DNA of 64,000 nt from Candidatus Multivoradales bacterium (GCA_965223325.1 CBDCWI010000002.1:4288001-4352000); one strand, 5' to 3'; shown: positions 47,993 through 57,412, counted from the stretch's first letter. Notes: generated by a model not told the origin, from the sequence alone. A program made the numbers and translations.

Positions 47993-50116
47993 ATGACACG
48001 TGTCTTCAATCAAACGGGAGCTCGCGGCGGCACCCTCTTCGGCAGCTGGGTGGTGGTCATGTGGCTGATGTCGATCACATCGGCCAGCGGCCAGCCGACG
48101 GGACCTGAGTCCACCGAGTCGGTGAGTCTGCTTCCCGTCCCCGCGTTGTCGCTCGAGTCGGTCGAGCCGGCCGTGCGCACGCAGCTCGAAACCCTCCGGG
48201 AAGAGCTCAACGTCATCGTAGCGCGTGCTGACTCTTCGAACGAGAACGCAACAGCGGCTTCGCGTGATGAACTCGCCGAGGCCTTTGGCGAGCTCGGCCA
48301 GATGCATCTCGTCTACGACTTGCTCGAGGTCGCCGAGCCGGCGCTCCTGAACGCGCAGCAGCTCGCACCGCGGTTTCGGTGGGCGTACCTTCTCGGTTCG
48401 CTTTACCAACTCGACAATCGGCTCGACCAGGCGGCTACCCAGCTCGAGGAGGCCTTGCGTAGGCGGCCCGACGATCCCACTGCCCTCGCGCGTCTGGCGC
48501 AGATCGAGCTGCGCCGGCAGCGATCGCCCGAGGCCTTGCGTGCTGCGAGCCGACTGCTCGAGCTTGCTTCCGGGGCGGAAACCGGGGCCAGCGCCTACGA
48601 GGCAGCGGCGCGCGCCAATCTCGGCATCCTGGCGCGCGAATCGGGCGACGCAGCGACAGCGGTCCAACATCTCGAGCGTGCCGTCGCCCTGCAGCCGGCC
48701 GCCAACCAGCTCTACTATCACCTGGCCCTTGCCCATCGAGCGCTCGGCAACGACGAGAAGGTTCGCCGGTACTTCGAGCTGCGCGGCGACCAGGAGGTGC
48801 GCTACCCGGATCCGCTGGCGCAGGAACTTCAGGGGCTGGCGACCGGTGCCGGTGCCTGGCTTTCGCTCGGCCGGATGTCGGCGAAGGGCGGTCATCTCGA
48901 AGTTGCCGAAGAGCGCTTCCGAAAGGCCACCGAGATCGACCCCCGGAGTGCGCCGGCCTGGCGCTCCCTGGCGGTGGCGGTGTTGCAACAGGGTCGAGCT
49001 GAAGAGGCGATCGGACACTACGAACGCTCGCTCGAGATCGATCCCGACAATGTCAACGTGCGTACGGATGTGGCAACGCTTCTTCTCGACAGCCTCGATC
49101 GGGAAAGCGGCTTTCCGAATGACGAGAAGAACCAGAGGCTGGGTCGCGCCGCGGCCCATCTCTCGAAGGCGCTCAGCCTGGCCCCCTCCTATCTGGCAGC
49201 CCGCGTTCTGCTGGCGACGACGCACCGCCGCCTCGGAGACCCCGAGGCCGCCGCCGGCGAGCTGAGGACGGCGATTGCTCAGGCGCCGAACTCTGCCGAG
49301 CTGCGTCTCCGCCTGGCACAGCTCGAGCTCGAGGCGGGCAGGCGTGATCAAGCCATCGCCACCCTCGAGGAGCTCAACACCGCGGCGCTGCCGGCCGAGT
49401 TGGCACAGGTTGCGAATGAACTTCGCGGGCTCGACCGCGCCCAGCAGGCCTTACGTTTCGACCGCGCCGTCTTCAACTCGGCCGAAGCAACGCCCGAACA
49501 GAAGGCGACCGCTTCTTTCCATCTTGCCAACGCCATGGTGGCCACCGGTGATCTCACGGGCGCCGTGGGCGAGTACCAGCGGGCTCTCGAGCTAGCGCCC
49601 GAGCTGGCGGAGGCGCGTCTCAATCTGGGAACCGTCTTCGGTCGCCTGGGTCGATACTTCGAGGCCGCCGAGCAGAATGCGTTGGTGCTCTCCTGGCAGC
49701 CCGAGAACCACCAGGCGCGCTTCGGCGAGTGCATGGCGCTGGTCCTGGCGGGGGACCACAAGAAAGCACGCCAACGCCTCGAACGTGCCCTTGAGCTCTA
49801 CCCGAGCCAGATCGTCTTTGGGCACCTTCTGGCTCGCCTTCTGGTCGCGTCGAGCGACGATGCGGTCCGTGACGGCGCCGTTGGTCTCGATCTCGCCAAC
49901 CGGGTTTTCGAAGCGCAGCCCGGGCCAGAGCACGCCGAGACAGTCGCCATGGGCCTCGCTGAGATCGGCCGCTTCGACGACGCTCTGAACTGGCAACAAC
50001 GCCTGGTCGAGCAGTACGAGGCGGCGGGGCAGCCGCTGCCGAAGGCGATCACTGAGCGCCTCGAGAGCTACCGCCAGTCCAAGCCGGTTCGCGATCCATG
50101 GTCCGACGGCGACTGA
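47993..50116 (+). CDS. Exported tetratricopeptide repeat protein
   Basis: Signal-like N-terminus, many TPR repeats and a C-terminal cap LARLLVAS...RDGAVGLDLA...ERLESYRQSKP. Confidence 0.9.
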   Translation: MTRVFNQTGARGGTLFGSWVVVMWLMSITSASGQPTGPESTESVSLLPVPALSLESVEPAVRTQLETLREELNVIVARADSSNENATAASRDELAEAFGELGQMHLVYDLLEVAEPALLNAQQLAPRFRWAYLLGSLYQLDNRLDQAATQLEEALRRRPDDPTALARLAQIELRRQRSPEALRAASRLLELASGAETGASAYEAAARANLGILARESGDAATAVQHLERAVALQPAANQLYYHLALAHRALGNDEKVRRYFELRGDQEVRYPDPLAQELQGLATGAGAWLSLGRMSAKGGHLEVAEERFRKATEIDPRSAPAWRSLAVAVLQQGRAEEAIGHYERSLEIDPDNVNVRTDVATLLLDSLDRESGFPNDEKNQRLGRAAAHLSKALSLAPSYLAARVLLATTHRRLGDPEAAAGELRTAIAQAPNSAELRLRLAQLELEAGRRDQAIATLEELNTAALPAELAQVANELRGLDRAQQALRFDRAVFNSAEATPEQKATASFHLANAMVATGDLTGAVGEYQRALELAPELAEARLNLGTVFGRLGRYFEAAEQNALVLSWQPENHQARFGECMALVLAGDHKKARQRLERALELYPSQIVFGHLLARLLVASSDDAVRDGAVGLDLANRVFEAQPGPEHAETVAMGLAEIGRFDDALNWQQRLVEQYEAAGQPLPKAITERLESYRQSKPVRDPWSDGD

Positions 50117-50173
50117 GGCGTGGCTGCTCGGGCCTCCCAAGTGACTGATTCAGAGGGGTTTCCAAGGTTCTCT

Positions 50174-50201
50174 TTGACCTTGTGACGGCTTCTAGTAAGA
50201 T
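50174..50201 (+). promoter_or_regulatory. Putative sigma70 promoter for the M4 protease
   Basis: TTGACC-16bp-TAAGAT in an AT-richer patch about 400 nt upstream of the ATG. Confidence 0.45.
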
Positions 50202-50600
50202 CGATTCCCATCTATTAGTAGTTGATTCCGCCGACGGGTCCCACGCGCAGCGCAGCATGTGTTGCAGAGAGGGTCTCTAAGGCGGGTCGAAATACTTGCT
50301 GCCTGAACGGCGAGGGGTGCAGCTCGCGGGTTCCTACCCTGAGCGGCATTCCGAACATCGCTGGGGGATGGATGTGACGGCGGGCTGGCAGCAGACTTTC
50401 GGGTCGTAAGACCCTTCCCATGTGGTGGTTGTTTTGGGTCGTTTGCAGTGCAGGTCCGGGTGGATCTGAGCGACAGTGAACGATCTCCGTTGCGAAGGAC
50501 GATCGACGAGTTCGGTGGTTTGTAGCGGCGGACGGCGACGGATTCTCTTGTGGCAGAGGCCGTCGGCGAGGGGCACCATCGCCTCTTTGGAGGAGCCGAG

Positions 50601-53171
50601 ATGTTCTCGTTGCTTCAGATGATCCCGAGAGGATCATCGACTTGCCCCCGCACGGTCGCCCTCGTCGTGGCCGTCCTACTCCTGCTGCTCAGTGCGCTGC
50701 CGGTTGGTGCACAACAGTCCATCGCCAGCCGCGCTATCGACGGTACGCCCAACTTCTGGAAGGGTGACCTGGGCCGGGTCGCGCCGCTGGTTGGCGAACC
50801 GGGCACCCGCGAAACCGACGCCGACTTCGAAGCCAGTGTGACGGCGTTCATCCACCAGTTCGTTGCGGAGAACCTGGGCGCCAGCGGGACCGAGGAGCTC
50901 CGCATCACCGATGTCGAGAAGGATGCGCTCGGCAACGCCCACGTTCGATTCGAAGAGTTCATCGGCGGACTCAGGGTCTTTGGCGCAGCACTCATGGTGC
51001 ATTCGGACGCTCTATCCGGCGTCGTGAGGGTGGTCAACGGTGACTTCGCCTCCGCGGCCGGAGTTCCCGACGCGGCGGCGCTCGATGCGCGTCGAGCGAT
51101 GCTCATGGCGATGAGCGAACTCGACGGCCAGGATGCCCATCGCATTGGCGGGCCGCGCCTTGGCTACGTCATCGCTCCTTCGGGCGAGGTCTTTTTGACC
51201 TGGAGACAGCTGGTCGAGTACGAGAAGGACGACTTCTTTCATCGCGATCTGCTGTTTGCGGATGCACAGACCGGTTCCCTGATCACCCGTCATCCGACGA
51301 TTCATCCGGTCAAGTCGTGGCGCACATACAACGGTCGTTCCTTGTCGTCACTGCCTGGAACGCTCGACTGCACCAACGACCAGTCTTGTTCGGACCAGGT
51401 GATTCAAGACGCGCACGACAACGCCGGCCTCGTGTGGGACTACTACAACGCCCAGTTCGGTCGCGATTCCCTCAACGACAACGGCTTCACGCTCATTTCG
51501 ACGGCGCATCACAGGAACAACTACAACAACGCCTTCTGGAACGGTTCTCAGATGGCCTACGGTGACGGCGACGGCGTGTTGTTCTCTCCGCTCGGAAGTG
51601 GCTTCGATGTTGTTGCGCATGAGCTGACCCACGGTGTGACGTCCTTCGAGTCCGACTTGATCTACCAGAACGAGTCAGGCGCTCTCAATGAGGCGCTCTC
51701 TGACATCTTTTCGGCAGCGGCTGAGGCCTGGCGTGACGGTGCGATCACCGACGACACCTGGAAGCTCGGCGAGGACATCTACACCCCGGCGACCGCTGGC
51801 GACGCGCTGCGCTACATGGACGACCCCACCGACGACGGTTCTTCCTACGACTACTGGCCGGAGCGCTACACCGGCAGTCAAGACAACGGTGGCGTGCACT
51901 GGAACTCTGGGATCGCCAACCTCGCCTTCTACCTGATGGTCGAAGGTGGAACGCACCCGCGCGGTAAGACCAGCGTCTCGGTTACCGGTTTTGGGATGGA
52001 CAAGGCGGAGCAGATCTTCTACCGCGCCCAGACCACCTATCTGACGGCGTCGTCGAACTTCGCTGCGGCGCGTGCCGCGACCGCCCAGGCTGCCGGGGAT
52101 CTCTACGGCGCGGCCGAGCAACAAACTGTCCACGACGCGTGGTGCGCTGTTGGGGTGCCGAACTGTCCGACGGATCCGCCCGATCCACCGTCAGGCGGTG
52201 AGCTCACCAAGGGTGTTGCGAAGACCGGCCTGTCGGGATCGACTAGCGATACCAAGTTCTTCTTCATCGACGTTCCGGCGAACGCGCAGGATCTGGTCTT
52301 CACCATGAGTGGCGGCTCTGGCGATGCCGACCTCTACGTGCGTCGCGGTTCTGAGCCAACAACAACCACGTACGATTGTCGGCCCTACAACAGCGGCAAC
52401 TCAGAGACCTGTTCCTTCGACGATCCCAGCGCGGCGCGCTATCACGTGATGGTGCGCGCCTACCGGACGTACTCCGGAGTGTCTCTCGTTGCCGACTACG
52501 AGACGGTGACGGATCCTCCCGATCCACCAGCGAGCAGTGAACTCGAGAACGGTGTCCCGCGCAGTGATCTCGACGGTGATCGGCTCAGTCAGCAGTTCTT
52601 CACCATCGAGGTTCCGACCAACGCGCGCGATCTCGCGGTGCAGTTGTCTGGGGGCTCCGGAGATGCAGACCTGTATCTGCGTCGTGGTTCCAAACCAACC
52701 ACCTCGAGCTACGACTGCCGTCCCTACAAGATTGGCAACAACGAGCTCTGTGAAGTGGCAGACCCGCAGGCCGGTACCTGGCACGTGATGCTGCGCGGCT
52801 ATTCGTCGTTCTCGAACACCACTCTGGTGGCGACCTGGGAGGACGGCGGTGATCCACCGGCCGGCTGCGACCCGCAGGTGGGGAGCGTTTCGGACCTGTC
52901 CGACTTCACAGGGGGCCAGAAGGTCTACACCTTCGAGGTCGACGATTGCGCCGAGCTGCTCGAGGTGACCATCTCGGGCGGGTCCGGGGACGCCGACCTG
53001 TACGTGCGCTTTGGGAGCCCACCGACGACGTCGAACTACCAGTGCCGCCCCTACAAGAGTGGCAACAACGAGTCCTGTGAGTTCGATGATCCACAGGCCG
53101 GCACCTGGTACCTGATGGTACGGGCTTACCGGACCTACAGTGGAGTGGACCTCGAGGCTAAGTACGAGTAA
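50601..53171 (+). CDS. Thermolysin-family (M4) metallopeptidase with propeptide and three PPC domains
   Basis: Motifs NNAFWNG, VVAHELTHG, ESGALNEALSD and GGVHWNSG, plus three SGGSGDADLY...CRPY...NxExC repeats. GGAGGAG before ATG 50601. Confidence 0.96.
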   Translation: MFSLLQMIPRGSSTCPRTVALVVAVLLLLLSALPVGAQQSIASRAIDGTPNFWKGDLGRVAPLVGEPGTRETDADFEASVTAFIHQFVAENLGASGTEELRITDVEKDALGNAHVRFEEFIGGLRVFGAALMVHSDALSGVVRVVNGDFASAAGVPDAAALDARRAMLMAMSELDGQDAHRIGGPRLGYVIAPSGEVFLTWRQLVEYEKDDFFHRDLLFADAQTGSLITRHPTIHPVKSWRTYNGRSLSSLPGTLDCTNDQSCSDQVIQDAHDNAGLVWDYYNAQFGRDSLNDNGFTLISTAHHRNNYNNAFWNGSQMAYGDGDGVLFSPLGSGFDVVAHELTHGVTSFESDLIYQNESGALNEALSDIFSAAAEAWRDGAITDDTWKLGEDIYTPATAGDALRYMDDPTDDGSSYDYWPERYTGSQDNGGVHWNSGIANLAFYLMVEGGTHPRGKTSVSVTGFGMDKAEQIFYRAQTTYLTASSNFAAARAATAQAAGDLYGAAEQQTVHDAWCAVGVPNCPTDPPDPPSGGELTKGVAKTGLSGSTSDTKFFFIDVPANAQDLVFTMSGGSGDADLYVRRGSEPTTTTYDCRPYNSGNSETCSFDDPSAARYHVMVRAYRTYSGVSLVADYETVTDPPDPPASSELENGVPRSDLDGDRLSQQFFTIEVPTNARDLAVQLSGGSGDADLYLRRGSKPTTSSYDCRPYKIGNNELCEVADPQAGTWHVMLRGYSSFSNTTLVATWEDGGDPPAGCDPQVGSVSDLSDFTGGQKVYTFEVDDCAELLEVTISGGSGDADLYVRFGSPPTTSNYQCRPYKSGNNESCEFDDPQAGTWYLMVRAYRTYSGVDLEAKYE

Positions 53172-53191
53172 CGACGCTCTGGTTGAATGAC

Positions 53192-53236
53192 AAGAAGGCC
53201 GGCTCACCCTTGACGGGTGGCCGGCCTTTTCTCTTT
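53192..53236. terminator. Bidirectional rho-independent terminator
   Basis: AAGAAGGCCGGC-TCACCCTTGACGGGT-GGCCGGCCTTTTCTCTTT between convergent genes. Confidence 0.8.
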
Positions 53237-53247
53237 CATGCCCTACC

Positions 53248-54108
53248 CTAACCCGGCGGCGAGGAAGGAGTCGCCTTCGGAGCCGGGACGCGACGACCGC
53301 CGGTGTGCTGCGGTGTTGGGCCCGTCGAGCGAGGGCGTTCGGGGGGAGCAGGGTCAGCCTTCGGAGCTTCGTCTCTCGGCCGAGGGCGGGGCTGGTGACG
53401 TCGCGGAGGCTGGCCGTTGTAGTAGGGCGGCGGGTAGAAACTCGGCGTCCAGATGTAGGAGACCGGAATGCCATTGCCTTGCGGTTCAGCACGTTCTTCG
53501 CGCGCCGCCTCACGTTCGATCTCGGCGAGGGCCAAGCGGTCTGCGCGATCGTTCTCGCGCGCCCGTTCTGCCGCTTCGATGGCCAGAATGCGCGCTCGCA
53601 TGTCGCGTGGGATCCACTCGCCACGAAAGAAGACCTCGCCGCGCAAAGCGTGCAGTTCATCCTTCGTCACCCAACGGTCTTCGAACAGCTGGTAGCCGAG
53701 CGAGCGGCGAGCCCTTGTGTGATCAGGATCGAGCTCGACCACCCGCTCGAGCAGGAGCCGAGCGAGTGTCGCGGCACCTTCTTCGCGGGCCTCGCCGGCG
53801 AGCAGAAAGATGTCCTCGGCGTCAGCGTCGGGGTTACTCTCGAGCCAGTCGGTGATGCGGGCTTCGGGTGTGAGGGTGCGCTCGATGCGGACGACGCGAG
53901 AAGCCGGGAAACGGAAGCTGCCGGCGAGCGAGGCGACCTCGACCTCACCGTTGGGCAACTCGCGTGCATCGCCCTCGAGGTAGTTGCCGTTGTCGAGCCA
54001 GACCTTGTCGGCGACCAGCGGTGAAGTGATGAAGCCGAGCGTTAGGGCGGCGACGACAAGGACCGAGCCACTCCGGCGTCTAGAGGGGCATGGGGTCTTC
54101 GGATTCAT
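53248..54108 (-). CDS. Hypothetical secreted protein
   Basis: Signal peptide ending LVA-D, DKVWLDNGNYLEG domain, LDPDHTRARRSLGY...WV...RGEW motif and a Pro-rich tail. GGAG before ATG 54108. Confidence 0.7.
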   Translation of the reverse strand: MNPKTPCPSRRRSGSVLVVAALTLGFITSPLVADKVWLDNGNYLEGDARELPNGEVEVASLAGSFRFPASRVVRIERTLTPEARITDWLESNPDADAEDIFLLAGEAREEGAATLARLLLERVVELDPDHTRARRSLGYQLFEDRWVTKDELHALRGEVFFRGEWIPRDMRARILAIEAAERARENDRADRLALAEIEREAAREERAEPQGNGIPVSYIWTPSFYPPPYYNGQPPRRHQPRPRPRDEAPKADPAPPERPRSTGPTPQHTGGRRVPAPKATPSSPPG

Positions 54109-54219
54109 CACAAACTCCAAACGAGGGTTAGATTGTTTTGGGTGCTCGGCAGGGGAACGGTTGGGTGTCTCTCCCTATTCCGCCTGCCAGGGAAAACTTC
54201 GAGAGTGAGCTCCCGCTGA

Positions 54220-55065
54220 TCAGACCAGTTGCCACTCCCTCTCCATGACCTCCGTCGCGGTGTCGCCGCGCACCAGGCCGTCTTCTTCGAGGGCAACCAG
54301 GTGAGCGTGGAGAGAAAACTGCGCTGCCGGGTGGAGTTGAGGGTCTACGTCGGCGTAGATGGTGCGCACCATCGTGGGAATCGTCTGGGCGCCGGTCTGG
54401 AGGACCTCGAGTGCCTGCTGGGTTCGCAGGAGACGGTGTTCCTTGAGCTCTTGCGTGCGTGCCATGGGAGCGGTCAGTGCCTTGCCGTGGGCTGGGTGGA
54501 ACGTGTCATGGCCGAGCTCGAGCAGGCGATCGAGGGAAGCCATGTACTGATTCAGGTTGCCTTCGGGCGGCGCAATGATGGTCGTTGCCCAGTCCATGAC
54601 GATATCGCCAGAGAACAGCGTCTTCCCGTCGTCGAGCTGGTAGGCGCAGTGGTCCTCCGTGTGACCGGGGGTATGGAGTGCCAGCAGCGACACCGAGGGT
54701 GCCTCCAGAGTCTCGCCGTCATGAACGATGTGATCAGGGGTGTAGCCAGCGCTCTTGGCGAAGCCAAACGTGGGCGCGTCGTAGTGTTGACCGAGTCGTG
54801 TGGCCATTGGCCAATGGTCGGGGTGGGCGTGCGTCGGAATCAAACCGGCGACGGGCTTGTCCCCGACGGCGCGGGTAATCGCTTCGAAGTGCTGGTCGCT
54901 GTCTTCACCGGGCTCGAGGATAAACAGCGCCGCTTCGCCGACCAGAAAGGTGTTGGTACCCGGTCCGGTGAAAAGCCCGGGGTTCCTCTGGGTGATGCGC
55001 ACGATTCGCTCATGCAGCTGCAGGCATCGGCCGTACTCGATGTCGCTTTCGAGGTTGGGCGCCAC
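54220..55065 (-). CDS. MBL-fold metallo-hydrolase (LACTB2-like) with C-terminal winged helix
   Basis: Motifs NPGLFTGPGTNTFLVG, THAHPDH, HTPGHTEDH, LFSGD, PAHG and IYADV. Confidence 0.9.
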   Translation of the reverse strand: MAPNLESDIEYGRCLQLHERIVRITQRNPGLFTGPGTNTFLVGEAALFILEPGEDSDQHFEAITRAVGDKPVAGLIPTHAHPDHWPMATRLGQHYDAPTFGFAKSAGYTPDHIVHDGETLEAPSVSLLALHTPGHTEDHCAYQLDDGKTLFSGDIVMDWATTIIAPPEGNLNQYMASLDRLLELGHDTFHPAHGKALTAPMARTQELKEHRLLRTQQALEVLQTGAQTIPTMVRTIYADVDPQLHPAAQFSLHAHLVALEEDGLVRGDTATEVMEREWQLV

Positions 55066-55067
55066 CT

Positions 55068-55985
55068 CTAGGGCTCACCGGCCGTGGAGGTCGAGGCCGG
55101 CCATCCCCAGCCGCTCGCACGTAGGGCGCGGTATTCATCTGCCCAGGCAAACCAGATGTCACCCCGCATGCTGGCCGGCACGTCTGGCGCTTCGTCGTAG
55201 CCCTTGTCACCCGGCAGCACCACCTGGGCGTTGCCGTCGGCCTCCAGCACCTTGGGCTGGTTGGCAGGGTGGTTCGAGATGGCGCGCGCCGCCTGGATTG
55301 CTGCCTCCGCAGTCTTGTGTTCGCCGAGCTGGATCAAGTTCTTGACGGTGGGGAAGATGATCATCCACTCACGCGCGGCACCCTTGTCCAGCGCCTCGAC
55401 CGGCGTCACCCATGCCGAGTCGGTCAGTTCCCAGTCGTCGTGGGCGGCGGTTTGTGAGGCGGGAGCGAGGGCGGCGAAGAAGCGCGTGTCGTAGCGCCGT
55501 GGTTGGCCGGCCGGAGTGATCCAGTGCGACCAATAGACGATGCGGTCGGTCGCCAGCTTGAGTTGCTCCTGCTCGGCGATCTGACGGAGCGTGGTGGCAC
55601 CTCCGTTGAGCCGCTGGCGAAGTTCCTTGTACTTCTCCTCGACGGCTTCTTCCGAGAAATCGAGCAGCTCGCCGCTCTGATCGTAGGCTAGAAGAACGCC
55701 GGCTTCCTCGAAGCACTCGCGAATCGCAGCCACCCAGAAGGCCAGACCGCCACTCTCGATTCCCAGGCGCTTGGACGCAACGTCGTCGCACAGGCCATCG
55801 CAGAGCTCTTCGATCTCGGAGTCTTCGGGGTCGACTGCGCCTCCTGGAAAAACGTAGGCGCCGCCCACGAAGTCGGACTTGATGTGGCGCCGCTCCATGA
55901 AGACCTCGAGGTTCGCGGCGCCGTCGCGCAGCAAGAGCACTGTGGCCGCCAGCCGCATCGGTTTCTCCGGAGTGGAGCTGCTCAC
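55068..55985 (-). CDS. NUDIX hydrolase (NUDT19-like)
   Basis: Motifs AATVLLLRD, AYVFPGGAVD, AAIRECFEEAGVLL and HWITP...RRYDTRFF. Confidence 0.9.
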   Translation of the reverse strand: MSSSTPEKPMRLAATVLLLRDGAANLEVFMERRHIKSDFVGGAYVFPGGAVDPEDSEIEELCDGLCDDVASKRLGIESGGLAFWVAAIRECFEEAGVLLAYDQSGELLDFSEEAVEEKYKELRQRLNGGATTLRQIAEQEQLKLATDRIVYWSHWITPAGQPRRYDTRFFAALAPASQTAAHDDWELTDSAWVTPVEALDKGAAREWMIIFPTVKNLIQLGEHKTAEAAIQAARAISNHPANQPKVLEADGNAQVVLPGDKGYDEAPDVPASMRGDIWFAWADEYRALRASGWGWPASTSTAGEP

Positions 55986-55986
55986 T

Positions 55987-57357
55987 TCAGTTCACCGTCT
56001 TTTCGGGCTCGCCGCCATCGAGCTCCCAGATCAAGGCGTCCGAGGCGGGCCGTTCGGCTTGTAGCTTCCAGCTCACCCGTTCGGCTTCGCGCAAGGCGCG
56101 CAAGAGGTTCCCGCCGGCGATCTTCTGGAGGTCGTCATCGCTGTAGCCGCGCCGGACGAGTTCTACGAACAGGTCGGGGATCCGGCTTACGTCTTCTAGC
56201 CCTTGGGGCACGCTGCTGATGCCATCGAAGTCTGAACCGATTCCGACATGATCGATACCGGCCACGTTGCGGATGTGGTCGATGTGGTCCGCAGCATCCT
56301 GGAGCGTCGCGGGCGGAATGTCCTGCGTCGCAGCGAAGGCGCGCAACGCCTCGCGGATCTCGTCTTCGTCGTCGAGTTCCTTCTGCAGGCGGCGTCGCTC
56401 ACGAACGATCACGTTCGAGCCCGTGCGGTTGGCCTCTGAGATGAACGAAGGGACGAACGTGACCATGACGACGCCACCGTTCTCGGGCATCCGTTCGAGA
56501 ATCCCGTCGGGAACGTTGCGGGGGTGGTTGGTCACGCCGCGCGCCGAGGAGTGCGAGAAGATGATCGGCGCTTCGGTCACGTCAAGGACGTCGTTCATGG
56601 TGTCGGGCGAGACGTGCGAGAGATCGACCAGCATTCCCATGCGGTTCATCTCCCGCACCACTTCGGTGCCGAATTCGGTCAGGCCGCCGTGTTCAGGCTC
56701 GTCGGTGGCCGAGTCGGCCCAGGCGACGTTCGAGGAGTGAGTCAACGTCATGTAGCGCGCGCCAGCACGATAGAGCTGGCGTAAGACGCCGAGCGAGTTC
56801 TCCATCGAGTGGCCACCCTCCATGCCGATGAGCGAGGCGATGCGTCCGGCGGCGTGGGCGCGGGTGATGTCGGCGCTGGAGAGGGCGAGTTCGAGGTGTT
56901 CCGGGTAGCGCTCGACCAGGCGGTGCACGACGTCGATCTGTTCGAGGACAGCCCGGGCAGCTCCCGGACCGTCGAGACTGGCGGGGATATAGACCGACCA
57001 GAACTGCCCACCGATTCCACTGGCGGCGAGCCGCGCCAGGTCGGTGTGCATTGGCGGGTCGAGCGCGGTGGTGTCTTTGAAGTCGATCTGGCCGAGATGG
57101 TTGTTGAGGCGCTCGTGAAAGGTCCAGGGGACGTCGTTGTGGCCGTCGATCAGGGGAACCTCCGCGAGCAGTTGGAGCACATGCTCGCGCGTGGCGCGCT
57201 GGGGCGCGTCCTCGGCCAGACAGCTGGTTGCGACCAGTACGAGGATGGCGAGGAGCACAGTGGGTGTTGTCGCACCCGTCCGGCGTAGCGTTTTGAGTGA
57301 GCGGCATCTACGTGCCCTGCGACCCTGCGTGGCCTCGACGAGGCTCGACATTTTCAT
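55987..57357 (-). CDS. Membrane dipeptidase (peptidase M19)
   Basis: Motifs LIDGHND, GGQFWSVY, GMEGGH, RYMTLTH, VDLSHVS, FSHSS, RNVPD and GIGSDFDG. GGAGAG before ATG 57357. Confidence 0.94.
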   Translation of the reverse strand: MKMSSLVEATQGRRARRCRSLKTLRRTGATTPTVLLAILVLVATSCLAEDAPQRATREHVLQLLAEVPLIDGHNDVPWTFHERLNNHLGQIDFKDTTALDPPMHTDLARLAASGIGGQFWSVYIPASLDGPGAARAVLEQIDVVHRLVERYPEHLELALSSADITRAHAAGRIASLIGMEGGHSMENSLGVLRQLYRAGARYMTLTHSSNVAWADSATDEPEHGGLTEFGTEVVREMNRMGMLVDLSHVSPDTMNDVLDVTEAPIIFSHSSARGVTNHPRNVPDGILERMPENGGVVMVTFVPSFISEANRTGSNVIVRERRRLQKELDDEDEIREALRAFAATQDIPPATLQDAADHIDHIRNVAGIDHVGIGSDFDGISSVPQGLEDVSRIPDLFVELVRRGYSDDDLQKIAGGNLLRALREAERVSWKLQAERPASDALIWELDGGEPEKTVN

Positions 57358-57412
57358 CGATCTCTCCAGCGTGAATTGCTGGAGGATGATACCCAACCTC
57401 GGAGCGCGCGAA

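Noticed and set aside
50215-50600. c-di-GMP or c-di-AMP riboswitch, or a small protein, in the M4 leader
   Set aside because: I could not find the diagnostic conserved segments by eye, and the short ORFs lack a ribosome-binding site or recognisable motifs. The region is kept only as an unassigned structured leader.
52190-53171. Three ~330-nt DNA repeats
   Set aside because: They are explained by the three PPC domains of the M4 protease and are not a CRISPR array or a diversity-generating retroelement template.
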